A stretch of DNA of 64,000 nucleotides from assembly GCA_951406725.2 (NCBI GenBank), contig OX597816.1:74586001-74650000 (forward strand), read 5' to 3'. Of the stretch, positions 13,847 through 27,029 are shown piece by piece. Within the stretch, counting starts at the first letter, position 1; each line of letters begins with the position of its first letter. The DNA is from Octopus vulgaris (lineage: Eukaryota). The notes below the pieces were generated by a model. The model did no database searches, had not been told where the DNA came from, and saw only the letters and a list, made by a program, of their open reading frames with translations. The position numbers were made by a program, and so were the translations under genes.

Positions 13847-13850
<4 letters not shown>
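12232..13850 (+). mobile_element. 5'-truncated LINE (L1/Tx1-like): RT C-terminal half, CCHC zinc knuckle and 3' UTR
   Basis: YADD at 12260, then one reading frame to 13597 with two stops (12665, 13154). Motifs include LSLKGR, FLWRG..GGLGMP and CARC..ETVLHAIVQCP. AATAAA at ~13822 is followed by (TA)n. Confidence 0.92.
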
Positions 13851-13886
<36 letters not shown>

Positions 13887-14422
13887 AAGCCGGGAGCAAT
13901 ATAATCCAGAGAAGAAGAGTAGCTGCTGCAGCTAAATTTCTCTCACTGCTTCATTGCTTTATCAAATTCGTTCTTTCCTATCTTTTAGTTTATTTCATCC
14001 GCTTCTATCATCTGCCTTTACTCCACATCTCTCTCCAGCAACCCAAGAAGAAATATATCTTGAGATCTGGTCTAATTTAAGAATATTTTTATTTTGGTAA
14101 TAAAAATAGAAGAACCGAAAATAGATTATAAAAATAGTATCATCTTCCCAATGGAAATCTCAACAACATATTGTGTGACATGATAAATAAATTATCTGTT
14201 CGAAGTTTCATCATTATTGCTGCAACAGTGTCTGATATTCTAGATTCTTTAGGATTGAGGCGCTTACTTGGAGAATATATATTACTACGTGTGTGTGTGT
14301 GTTTATGATGCACGTATATATGTCTATATACATTTATACACGCACACATATATAAGTATGCATGTATGTATGTGTATATATTTATGTATTTATAAGAATC
14401 GAGGTGCATGAACTCGTACAGT

Positions 14423-14515
<93 letters not shown>

Positions 14516-14546
14516 CTTTTTTAAGCAGCAGAAAATTCAACAAAAT

Positions 14547-14584
14547 CTGTTACTCTGAGTTTCTCGTTGCCGTTCATCAGACAG
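14547..14584 (-). ncRNA. Minimal type I hammerhead ribozyme motif in a pLTR-like repeat (~14512-14860)
   Basis: Minus strand: ctgt-CTGATGA-aCG(gcaa)CGa-GAAAC-TCaGA-GTA-acag. Confidence 0.75.
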
Positions 14585-15529
14585 TTTTTGCTAGAATGGA
14601 ACTTATATATTAATTCAATCTATACTCTTACAAACGCTACACCTTTAAAAAGAAATGGACTTGTTTGATTGGCCCTTTAGAAAAAACGGTCAATCTTCGA
14701 GCGATAAACAAAAAGGTCAAAAATATATGTATATATATATAAAAAAACTTATAAAAATTATAAAAATTATAAAATCCGAGGAAAAAACCGAGGAAAAAAC
14801 CTATTGCCGTTAATGAAGACAGTACAAATTAATGCATAGAAATTAAACCTGTTATAAATACTGCAATACATATTTATATTAAAATCCACATATATATATC
14901 AACATACACAAAAGGATGCGCGTAAACGCCATACATACATATACAGACGTATGAATATGAATCTAAATTATACACATAAAAGCATGTGTACATATATTCA
15001 CGCAAACCGTCTCGCACGCAAGCTAAAATTCATCTATGTAGCAATTCTCATATACTGAGCAAGGAGGGGGAACGAAAGAAAGGGAAAGAGAGAAAAAGGA
15101 ACGAAGGAGGGGTGGGGAAAAAAACTTGTAGCGATGTTATTGGCATCTATAGAGGCCAGTATACATACACAAGTTTGAATTGATACATATACATACCGTC
15201 GTGTGTATGCGTGCTTAAGCACAAGCATACTTTCACTTACACATACACAGATACGCATGCTTACAAATACATATGCTTTGCTATACACATACTTATATAA
15301 ACATTCTAATTTTGACAACATTGCTTTTTTTTAAAAAAAAACATTGCTTTTAAAAAATGGGTGCATTAATAAAAATATATACGAAAGACATATAAAATAA
15401 AATATAACATCCTATTTTGGGTCATTTATAAATAATCAAGGTAATATAAATAATCAAGGTAATCCTATGCAATACAATAACATGAAAACAAAGTTTGTAG
15501 GTTTTGTAGGTTTTATATATATATATATA

Positions 15530-15588
<59 letters not shown>

Positions 15589-15869
15589 ATATATATATAT
15601 GTATATTAAAGTTTGTTTTTATGTCGAGCTATAATAAAAACCAATTTAACATTAAAGTACAGGTTTGCTCAATACTTTTTATAGAGTACGCATTTATTAT
15701 TCTTTGACAAGAATAGTGTTGGCACTGACTTCGAAATTTCAGCCTGCTTACCCGTCATACATACATACATACATACATACAAATTAGAACACAAAAAATG
15801 TACTTTACTGTTAGTTTGCCTCCTCCTTTCCTTTGTAGCGGCAAACAGTGCGCAACCAACCAGTGGCAT

Positions 15870-16705
15870 CGAGGAGTGCAGTCTTAGAAAGTGTGGATTA
15901 TTTTCCGTTTCTGTGAAGTCGTCCCTCTTCCAATGCTTACATCGACAATGAAATCCGCAATCCTCTCAAAAGCGCCGGTGCAGCCTTTGGCCGTCTCCAG
16001 ACCAGAGCGTTCCAAGATCAAGACGTTCAAACATACACAAAAATGATGACCTACAAGATAGTGGCCATTCCCTTGCCCCTATACGCATCCAAAACCTGGT
16101 CTTCATACAGAAGATTTATAAAAGATCTTGAAACGTATCACCAACGCTGCCTTCGAAGTATATTCAACATCAGCTGGAAATAAAGACGGACAATCAGTGT
16201 GTTGAAAGAAACCAACATGATCGCCATTGAAGCCATCACCATTCAAAAACAGATGAATTGGACGGATCATATTGTTCGGATGAAAAACAACCGTCTACCG
16301 AAGCAGCTTCTCTACTCCTAGCTAAAAGAAGGAAAACGAAGAAGAGGGAAAAAGAAAAGATTCAAAGATGTGCTGAAAATCAACTTCGAGAATTGTAATA
16401 TTGACATCGAGAAGTGGGAGAGGAATGCTCGGGATCAAGAACGCTAGAGATCGATCATCAAAGAGAAACTGACAACTTTTGAAACCGGTTGGATTTGCCG
16501 AGCAAGAAGGAATAAAAAAAGGAGGTGCGGAAGACAGACAAGAACAACCAAGAAGGAACCTTCCATCCGGAACCTCCTGTCCGATTTGCGGAAGGAAATT
16601 CCGAGAAAGAATTGGACTCATCAGTCACCTTAGAATTCATAAATAACTATAGGAAAAAAGGTCATTAAGACCTTCATCCTCCACCTCGAGGGATAGCCAC
16701 GACGA
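15870..16705 (+). mobile_element. RTE-clade LINE 3' fragment with terminal C2H2 finger
   Basis: Manual translation: IDNEIRNPLKSAGAAFGRL..TKMMTYKIVAIPLPLYASKTW..YHQRCLRSIFNISW..WTDHIVRMKNNRLPKQLLYS*L..CPICGRKFRERIGLISHLRIH. Several stops. Confidence 0.9.
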
Positions 16706-16789
16706 GTGGTTTTATTGTGCTTTGCAGCCTCCAAATTATGTGTAAGTTGTTGCTCTTATTGATATAGTTGCTGTTTGTTTGTTTGTTTG

Positions 16790-17128
16790 TTGAGCGAAGC
16801 GGTTTTCGTCCCAGTGTAGTGGGAGAAGTCTGAAACGTGGTCCTTTGCTATTCGTAAGACCCACAGAAGAGAAAGCAGGTCAACCCTTGACACCGAGAGC
16901 ATCGACGGATGGATGAATGCGCATCGAGGCTCAGCGGTTGCGTAGGAAGTCGGGGACAAGAAACAGGAAAGTTGGAGCGAAAAAGTACAGCAGGGACCGC
17001 CACCATCCCCTGCCGGAGCCTTGTGGAGCTTTAGGTGTTTTCGCTCAATAAACACACACAACGGAATCGAAACTGCGATCCTCCGACCGCGGGTCCGCTG
17101 CCCTAACCACTGGACCATTGTGACTCCA
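16790..17128 (-). mobile_element. tRNA-derived SINE family C
   Basis: Minus-strand head with A box tggtccagtggttagg and B box ggtttcgattcc. Homologous to ~28030-28225, 37810-37985 and 63835-64000. Confidence 0.85.
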
Positions 17129-17766
17129 CTTGCTGTTGCTGCTGTTTAACCTCCCATTATCTACGAATCAAGCATAACTTATATATCAAAGGCCAGTGGC
17201 GTAGTTAAAGCGTGTGTTACTCAAGCAACCATCGAGTCTGCTTCCATTACTCGATCCTCAAGCCTATACAGGCTTGTACAGCTGACCGAAAATTGCCGCC
17301 CCCCAAAAGATGTTGTTCGGGTCCTCTCGCATCCACGGTGCTGTCAAAGGCTTTGAAATCATAGCTGCTCTGTTTTTTTTTTCGTTCAGGACTAGAATAG
17401 TATACTTCAGACTACATTATCCAATATATTTTTTTCCAACACTCTAAAGTGTAGTTTGAGGGAACGATTTGGCTATTATTTCTTGCAAATAGAGCGGCCG
17501 CTTTAAGGCTGAAGCTTTCGTTGAACGATATTTTAGTGTGACAAGGAGGGAGCGAGAGAAAGACAGAAAGAAAAATAGACAGAGAGACAGTCAGGCAGAC
17601 AGACAGACAGCCCTTGTAGATACGAGTGCGCGTAATCTTCAACGATTCCAGATGGATAGTCACAAAACAATTGTTGATTGTTGTAGTTATGTGTGGGAGG
17701 AGCGGCCAACGTGAAAGGATGGAGGATGTGGAGAGGAGGATGTGGAGGAGGAAGAAGGAGGAGGGG

Positions 17767-17863
17767 AAGAAGAAGAAGAAGAAGAAGAAGAAGAAGAAGA
17801 AGAAGAAGAAGAAGAAGAAGAAGAAGAAGAAGAAGAAGAAGAAGAAGAAGAAGAAGAAGAAGA
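17767..17863. repeat. (AAG)n microsatellite
   Basis: Directly visible; explains the poly-K/F/L ORFs. Confidence 0.97.
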
Positions 17864-18141
17864 ACATAGTACACACCAATAAAATCAAATAGGCGTAAGG
17901 GTCAACGAGTCTCTATGCAGTTTCCAGATATGCTAGAAATAGCAAACAAATTCCCTCAAATTTCGCCCATAACACACTGCACAATATGTCACTCTCATAT
18001 ATTAAAAAGCACGGAATGGTTACCGTTGGAACGCCTTTCATCATCATTCTGCTTAATCAGAATTGGACTGCGGCTATAAACAACAACGGTAACTGCAAAT
18101 AAATGTAGGATGAAGGAAGAGAGAGAGAGAGGGAGAGAGTA

Positions 18142-18200
<59 letters not shown>

Positions 18201-18317
18201 CAAATCCTTAGCACACGGCTATTGTAGAAGACACTTGTCCAAGGTGCCACGTAGTGGGACTGAACCAGGAACCATGTGGTTGGGAAGCAACCTTCATACC
18301 ACACAGCCACGCCTGTG

Positions 18318-18387
<70 letters not shown>

Positions 18388-18390
<3 letters not shown>

Positions 18391-18605
18391 AATTAATAAA
18401 TAAATAAAACATATGCATATATACATATATATAATAATTTAATAAATAAAATATATGCAGACATACATACATATATGTACGTACCTACATCTATATGTAT
18501 ATATACATGCATATATATATATATGAGTACAGGACACCAGAAATAAACGTAGAACACGAGAAACGTATGTTCTACGTTTATTTGTGGTGTCCTGTACTCA
18601 TATAT
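18388..18605. repeat. Fold-back version of the 11530 repeat family
   Basis: atgagtacaggacaccagaaataaacgtagaaca..tgttctacgtttatttgtggtgtcctgtactcat hairpin at ~18520-18605. Confidence 0.8.
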
Positions 18606-18837
18606 ATATATAAAATTTTTTACGAACGCTATTTTTTGAGAATGGCGAAGGAGCAACAGAAAGTGCCATCTCTACTTGAAGGCAGCCAGGACAGAAAGAC
18701 AGTAGCAGAGTTCTCGTCGCGGTTCAACGACGGGAGAGAGGAGGAGGAGTAAGAGAAAGGGAGAGAAAAAAGGGATTGGTTGTAGAGAAAAAGAAGGAAT
18801 AAGGAGAGAGAGAGAGGGATATATATATATATATATA

Positions 18838-18954
18838 CTTTATTTTAAGCAGCAGAAAATTCAACAAAATCTGTTACTCTGAGTTTCTCGTTGCCGTTCA
18901 ACGAGAAACTCAGAGTAACAGATTTTGTTGAATTTTCTGCTGCTTAAAATAAAG
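18838..18954. repeat. Perfect fold-back (56-bp arms, 5-nt loop) of the 14512 hammerhead family
   Basis: Arms 18838-18893 and 18899-18954, loop ccgtt. The left arm matches 14520-14576. Confidence 0.92.
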
Positions 18955-19024
18955 CATATTACTCTACCACTGGTATTTGAGTACTCTTTTTTCCACCTTG
19001 TTTCACATTTATGTGTTTACTCCG

Positions 19025-19079
<55 letters not shown>

Positions 19080-19184
19080 TGAGTAACAATGAAGGGTGAA
19101 ATTAATTAATTTGGAATAATTATCAATTACACCAAGTAGTCTTCGGCATGTAAAAGCCTCATTCGAGGAAAATTTAAGTAATAC

Positions 19185-19404
19185 TAAGCAATTAAGGGTT
19201 TAGCAACGAATTGCCTTACCGCACACCGAATTTAGAAATAGCAGTCAAAGAGATTATAGCTATTTCTTCTACTAAAAGGGGGATCACAAATGCTGTGTCT
19301 TTACTGTGATCTCCCTTTTAGTAGAAGAAATAGCTATAATCTCTTTGACTGCTATTTCTAAATTCGGTGTGCGGTAAGGCAATTCGTTGCTAAACCCTTA
19401 ATTG

Positions 19405-19408
<4 letters not shown>
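19185..19408. repeat. Fold-back with ~104-bp arms in a (TA)n-flanked element
   Basis: taagcaattaagggtttagcaacg..gatcaca, then a ~16-nt loop, then tgtgatc..cgttgctaaacccttaattgctta. Confidence 0.92.
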
Positions 19409-19468
<60 letters not shown>

Positions 19469-19473
19469 CATAT

Positions 19474-19522
<49 letters not shown>

Positions 19523-19527
19523 CTGTA

Positions 19528-19590
<63 letters not shown>

Positions 19591-20044
19591 GACGAGCTTC
19601 TTTCAGCTTCCGTCTACCAAATCCAGCACAAGGATTTGGTCGGCCCAAGCCTACGGTAGAAAACACTGGAACCCGAAACCATGTGGTTGGAGAGCAAGCT
19701 TTTCGCCACGCAACCACGCCTGTACCTATACACAAACGATAGAATATATACACAGACATATTTATCTAAACACACATACGCACACACACACGTACACACA
19801 TGAACACACACGCACACACACACGTACACACATGAACACACACGCACACACATACATTTCATTTCTATTACAACAGTAAAATGTATACAAACAACCATCC
19901 GTCAGATAATCATCTTGAGTGTAATTGTGCCAGCTTCAACTCGCGTTCACTCTACGGCAAAAGTATCAGCGAGGAGTCGTACATTTCATTAAGATGAAGT
20001 TAATAAACAACACCGAGTCTTCTTATTCAGACTAAACATAAGAT

Positions 20045-20420
20045 ACCTATTCCTTTACTACCCACAAGGGGCTAAACACAGAAGGGACAAACAAGGACAG
20101 ACAAACGGATTAAGTCGATTACAAATTTATCGACCCCGAAAGGATGAAAGGCAAAGTCGACCTCGGCGGAATTTGGACTCACAACGTAACTGCAGACGAA
20201 ATACATATTTCTTTACTACCCACAACGGGCTAAACACAGAAGGTACAAACAAGGACAGACAAAGGGATTAAGTCGATTGCATCGACCCCAGTGCGTAACT
20301 GGTACTTATTTAATCGACCCCGAAAGGATGAAAGGCGGAATTTGAACTTAGAACGTAACGGCAGACGAAATACCGCTAAGCATTTCGCCCGGCGTGCTAA
20401 CGTTTCTGCCAGCTCGCCGA
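20045..20420 (-). mobile_element. tRNA-derived SINE family B, tandem dimer
   Basis: Reverse complement of ggcgagctggcagaaacgttagc..ttcaaattccgcc..ccttgtgggtagtaaag, with the body duplicated. Confidence 0.85.
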
Positions 20421-20886
20421 CTAAACATAAGATATCTTTAAGAACAGATGCATACAATGCATTTTCTTTTAGGCATCTGAAGAAAAGGAACTCCATCTTT
20501 TTTACATTATGCATGGGGCTTAAAATCTTAGGTAACTATAAATTTTAAGATATTGTAATCATTGATCAAATTGGCCAAGTCAAATTTTGAAGAATCTGAA
20601 TTGTGTTAATGCATGTGGGAACATTTTTTGATATTGATATCTTCTCTTAATTTACAGGATTCTACAGATGCACTTATTTCGAAGTGCCGACACCAAAATT
20701 ATTTTCCTTGCAGACTGGTAATATTTCTAATATAGTCGTAGTTTCTTTTAAATTATCGGATCGTTTTGGGAAGTTTCTTAAATTTCTGTAAATGTCCTAT
20801 GAATATTTAGAGCTCATCTTCATATTCCGTATTTTTATGTCAAAGACTCGCTATTTACTATATACCGTTCAATAAGTATATTGAAG

Positions 20887-21112
20887 ACGGCGAGCTGGCA
20901 GAAACGTTAGCATGCCGGGCGAAATGCGCAGCCGTATTTCGTCTGCAGTTACGTTCTGGGTTCAAATTCCGCCGAGGTCGACTTTGCCTTTCATCCTTTC
21001 GGGGTCGATAAATTAAGTACCAGTTCACTGGGGTCGATGCAATCGACTTAATCCGTTTGTCTGTCCTTGTTTGTCCTCTCTGTGTTTAGCTCCTTGTGGG
21101 TAGTAAAGAAAT
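20887..21112 (+). mobile_element. tRNA-derived SINE family B
   Basis: Head ggcgagctggcagaaacg, B box ggttcaaattcc, tail gtagtaaagaaa. Other copies at ~9130, 32150, 34737, 39220, 41765 and 57780. Confidence 0.88.
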
Positions 21113-21648
21113 ATATATACTGTTCAATAATATTTCCCAGGAGTCCCACTTACTACTAACACAGTAAGGGTTCAATTCACCATAAGAAGAAGCCACACAA
21201 ATTTTCTTTTGTCAGTAGAAAGTTGAATACCATTTCAAGTTATTTTATTCAAGTACCGTTCACCTGTTCCCTCCAGATTGTCAAGGAATTCTGTATGAGA
21301 CCAGCACAGTATTGATAAGCTAGCTTTCGTATTGCATAATTAACAAATAACGTGAAAATAATGTAAAAAATGAGCTGGAAGGAGACTTCCTCTTCTCTGT
21401 ATTATTGTAACTGCCTTTCTCAAACGACCTCAAACTTCCCCCTTCTCTCTCTCTCCCTTTCTCATTCTTATATGTACACACACATATATGGCTATTTCTG
21501 TCTACTTTGTAAATTTTAATGCATTTACTTCTATACCTTTGTTTACTTTCCAGCTTCTTTCCCTTTTTAACCTCATAAATGAATGCTTTCTATATCGTTG
21601 TATATACATACATACATACATAAATACATACATACATACATACATACA

Positions 21649-21684
<36 letters not shown>

Positions 21685-21829
21685 TTTAGGGAGAAGCTAC
21701 GTTCGCATTGTTTTAGCCTTCGAATGACTCCACCCCGCTGGCTAGGCGAGCAGGCCAATAATGATATAATATAAGATAATATAATATAATATAATATAAT
21801 AAAATAAAATAAAATAATAGAATGTTAAA

Positions 21830-22812
21830 TGTTCATTATGATTGAACTATTAATTTCATGCATTAAATTCTGCAATCTTCAGGTTCATGTAGTAGTGGTG
21901 ACAGTCATGCTTCACAATTTTTGACTGTAGCGAGATGGTTAAATCTGTGCTTTAAATACACTTGTGTAGGCTCCAGATTGCTAGGTTTTGCAAACTGTAT
22001 TCTGACCAATCAGTGTGTAGTATCACTCAATTACTTAAACTGATTGGTTTAGGCGTCACGCTTTCTTGAACATGACAAGAGTCCTGTATCTTAACCCTGG
22101 CCGAGGCAGCAATTGTTGGGCTATTTTTAGAAATGTTGTAAATAGCCTTTGTCAGGGATTTTTATATTTCAATTGTCATCATCATCATTGTCAGCACCTT
22201 AATTATTGTTGCTAGTGGTGATGGTGGTGGCAATAGAACTTTTAACCCTAAATAAGATAATTTTCCTGCTATCTTCATCTTGATCACCTTTAGTATTGTT
22301 GTTGTTGTTGTTAGTGGTCATGGTCGTAGTAGTAGAAGTAGTACCTCTAAGTATTATTATTATTGCTTATTTAGCTCGGGTTCGAATTTATCAATAAAAT
22401 TCTTTTCTCTGATTTTCCTCTCGATTTCACTTGGGCTGTGTAATTTGTAGAATGGAAATATTATATATATTTTCCGACCACATGTTGCTAGGTGGTTATT
22501 CAAAGGTATCTGACGGACCTCTGGGTCTCTAATCTGTTGTCGGTGTACACGTGAGCGTTCTGATAGTGCATTTCCCGTCTGACCTACATATATTTCTTCA
22601 CAATTTGCAGTAAATTAAATTTCTGCTTTTGCAGTTCATATTCGCGTTTGTTAATATTTTCCCGGTTTTTGTGTTTATATATTGGCCGGTATGTATGAAT
22701 TGGCATGTGCCACATCGGCTATCATTGCATTTAGATACAGTGAATGTTTGGTCTTTGTTGCTAAGGTCAAATTTTGCCTTTGTTAGTAATTCTTTCAAGT
22801 TTTTAGGCTTTT
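21830..22812 (-). mobile_element. Penelope-like element 3' part (Cys/zinc linker, GIY-YIG endonuclease, pLTR)
   Basis: 22362-22812 translates as KCNDSRCGTCQFI..MNCKSRNLIYC/ANCEEIYVGQTGNALSERSRVHRQQI..NHLATC..REKNFIDKFEPELN*, with one frameshift. The hammerhead is downstream on the same strand. Confidence 0.9.
21843..21887 (-). ncRNA. Minimal type I hammerhead ribozyme motif at the 3' end of a Penelope-like element
   Basis: Minus strand: tgaac-CTGAAGA-tTGCA(gaatttaa)TGCAt-GAA-ATTAAT-A-gttca. It has a 5-bp stem I, a palindromic stem III and an AUA site. Confidence 0.78.
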
Positions 22813-22813
22813 A

Positions 22814-22876
<63 letters not shown>

Positions 22877-22959
22877 ATAAAAACGGTAAAACAACAAAAG
22901 AATGAAAGAGACCTCGATATTATGTAAATAGAGGAATTTATCTGTAATGTAATATGTGA

Positions 22960-23128
22960 CAATTATTCAGTTACCATAATAAGACTCCGAGTTTCGGATA
23001 TCAGGGCGGAAACCTGCTCCGGCATCTCTTCAATATTGATTGCCTCGATAACTGAAGAGATGTCGGAGTAGGTTTCCGCCCCGACATCCGAAACTCGGAG
23101 CCTTATTATGGCAACCGAAGGATTGTCT
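22960..23128. repeat. Fold-back made of two inverted hammerhead copies
   Basis: 22970-23032 is the imperfect reverse complement of 23053-23116. The element is flanked by (TA)n/(CA)n. Confidence 0.85.
23048..23106 (+). ncRNA. Hammerhead motif with mutated cleavage triplet
   Basis: ataa-CTGAAGA-GATGTCGG..CCGACATCc-GAAAC-TCgGA-GCC-ttat. The inverted copy keeps GTC but reads TTGAAGA. Confidence 0.7.
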
Positions 23129-23335
23129 CACACGCACACACACACACATATATATCTTTTTATGAGATAAAATATTTACTTAGTCGACCGGCTTTACTTG
23201 TGCTAATCATGATTAAGAAGTTAGAGATAATGTTACAACTTCATGCTATCATATGCATGTAAGTGTGTATGCATGCATGTATGTAAGTCTGCATATATAT
23301 GTGTGATATATATATACATATATATACATACATAC

Positions 23336-23392
<57 letters not shown>

Positions 23393-24461
23393 CTACACAC
23401 ATATACACATACATATATGGTGTCTCATGTTACATTATTCTAACAAAAAATTACGTAGATAGACCAATATAGTATATTTCTTGTTACCCATTTCTCTACT
23501 ATTTCTTTCTTCCGTTGTTTAGCCTATGATCAGCTCTGACTCACCATACCCGTGTTCAAATATGTTCTAGCCTGGGCCATCCTATACTGTATAATTTAGA
23601 CCACGTTATCCAGCATGTCCTTCAAATTACTAATTAGTAAGACATGATTTAAGGGAGGTTTGATTAGTATCTTTAAGTTGGTTGGCCGACCACGTATAGG
23701 TTCCGTTGGTTCATTTGCCACGCTATAGTAAGTAGTATCGGTTACAATAAACTAGACTCGGAGAGAATACATTTTATGGACGATGAAATAAGAGATAGTG
23801 ACTTCGTGGATTTCAAAAGGACATTATAGTTGCAAATGAAGTAAAGGAAATTGGCTTAAACCAGGTGTTAAAACCGTGAGAAGGTCTCGCCGTGGAGAGA
23901 ATTCATATCTCATCCGGCAACGGCTTCATCTCTCGTCCTACAACGGGTTCATGACACAGAGTACAGATTGATTAAATCGGGGCCAGTAATTAAATTATAC
24001 TTAACCAACATATGAAGATGAACGGCAAAGTCGGCCGCAGTCAGATTTGAAATCAGAATGTAATGTAAATCAAATAAAAACTCATTTCTAAAATTGGTAC
24101 ATGTTCCTACAAGGGTACAGCTGTTTAGACCCTTTACTTACCGGTAGATGATTTATGGGGAATTATTTCAACGATATAGCAAGGATAAAAATAGAATCTA
24201 CTTCAGCGGGATTTGAAAGCAACGTTACTAAGTTCTAAGAGGAATGTAGTGCATAACACTCTACCGTGTCTGCCACAACGATTCTATGTACTGCACCACC
24301 CTTCTTCGGTACAGTGTACTTTTTATCCCGATCATGAACACCAATGCTTATATACATACACATATGTATGTATGTGTATTTTTTATCTTCTGTAGTATCA
24401 GCTCAGAGCTTCGGTCATGCTAATGCACCGCCGTTTGTATATATATATTTATAATTATGTA

Positions 24462-24534
<73 letters not shown>

Positions 24535-24600
24535 TGATATGTACGTATATATATATATATATATATATATAGGTATGTATATATATACCCAGCCACACAC

Positions 24601-24639
<39 letters not shown>

Positions 24640-25351
24640 CATACACACACATATATATAAAAGCGGATAAAGATTATATATATATATAAAAGAAAGTCAA
24701 TAAAACTTTTGGTATTTGTTCGTTGAAAATGTTTTACCCGTATAAACAGAATAGAGGTGATGAGAGAAAACACTCTCAGAAAAAAATGTAGATATGAAAA
24801 AAAAAAAGGTAAAATGAGAAGCGAAACAAAGATCCAACATGAACAACAGTGCAATGATGGGTATAACGTTGAAATGTTCATATGACTATGCTCTGGCATC
24901 AGTTAAATCTCTCACCTTTAGAATTGTGTAAATTAAGATAACCATGCAAATACTTGCGCACAACAATACAGCTATACGCTTCCATAGGTATTAGATGCGT
25001 GTATTGTAAAATGATATTCTGAGGCAGAAAATACTTCAAAAAATAAATAAGTCACTATGACTCCCTTGGACACAAGGAACGTTGTGGAAAAAGGCAGTTA
25101 AACTATTCAGCAATATTGCTTACGAGAAAAGGGGAAACCCCTATATGGTCGTTTGACCTGAAGCAGGAAGAAAAGCTCTACGCAGTCGTTTAGCCTACAG
25201 AGACACGTGAAATATTAATCGAATCATACAGTAGTATCTTTAAATATAGGAAGTAATGAGTGATTCTTTTTTAGACATTTTGCATCCTGGATGGCAGAAT
25301 ATTCTATCAAATAATCATCAGGTAAAGTGTACTAAGCACATACATACAGGC

Positions 25352-25384
<33 letters not shown>

Positions 25385-25502
25385 TGTATGTATGTATGTA
25401 TGTATGTATGGATGGATGGATGGATGGATGGATGGATATATATATAGACCCTCTCTATAAATGTTCTGAAATCTTTCACAGCCTTGGATTTTTATCTTTC
25501 TG

Positions 25503-25589
<87 letters not shown>

Positions 25590-26347
25590 GGGAGAGAGTG
25601 GGAGAGAGAGATGCATATTATAGTGTTAGTGTACGTACTTCCATACAAGCATAAAAGTACTTAATGCAAATGATATCTGAGAATCTGAATATATGCACGT
25701 ATATATGCATACATACATACATACACACACGCACACACACACACACATAATATACTAAAGTATATATGTTTGCGTGTAAAAATGAAAATAAACACATAGA
25801 CAAGTTAATTAGAGATAATAAAGCAAATATTTTAAGTCGTTAATTCTTAATTAGAATCTAATCTAACCTTGTCAGGATACTTAATTACATTTTTTTCTTC
25901 TTTTACGAACAAAATGTTATTTAAACATAAATGTAATCAAGGCTGACTTGATATCATTATATCCCATGCGTTCGCAAATAGACAGACGCACTTTAGCGCT
26001 CGCAACTTTGAAGCAACGCAACGTCCAAGATGTAGTAGATAGAGAAGAGAAAGTTATTCACCCAACATGTGGTGTATATTTAAAAAACGAATCCGCAGGG
26101 ATGAAAGGCAACACATATACATGTATGTATGTATGGATGGATGTAATGACACAAATGGACTGAGGTTTGCTACAGCTGTTTCAGACGCGTTTTTATATTG
26201 ATGAAAAAATCAATTACATCATGAAATGGAAAACAAAAACCTCTTCTTCAGGTGAATTAAAATTAAAATCTAGATTTTAACATTTAAGATTTGGAACATG
26301 AAGAATGAAGAATTATTCTGACTCCCTTCATCACCGTGACTCTGTGT

Positions 26348-26389
<42 letters not shown>

Positions 26390-26749
26390 TGTGTGTCTGT
26401 GTGCGTACGTGCGTGTGTGTGTGCGTGTAACTGTGTGTGTATGTATCTTTTATTACTTGCATGTTTCAGTCATTGACTGCGGCCATGCTGTAACATTGCC
26501 TTGATGGGTTTTTGTCGAACAAATTGCTCCCATAACTTATGTTCCCTTTATTTTCTTTAAGGCTGATATTTATTCTGTCCGTTTCTTTTGCCGAACCGCC
26601 AGATTACAGAGTGGAAACAAAGCAACACCGGATCTCAAACGGTAGGTTGTGACAAACACAGACACAAACTCACAGGCACATCTATATATATACACGTGTG
26701 TGTTGTGTATGTGTGTATGGATACAGTATATATATATATATATATATAT

Positions 26750-26787
<38 letters not shown>

Positions 26788-27029
26788 ACACACACACACA
26801 CACAGATATATATATATTTATATATATAACCGACTTTTACACAGTTTCAGTCTATCAAATTCATTCACAAGACATCAGTCGATCCGGAGCTATTGCAGAA
26901 GTTACTTGCCCATGGTGACATGCTGTGGAACTGAACCTGAATTCCCGCAGTAGTTGCAAAGCGAACTTCTTAACCATACAGCCTTGCTTCAATGTGCGTA
27001 TATACAAATATATATATAAATATATATAA

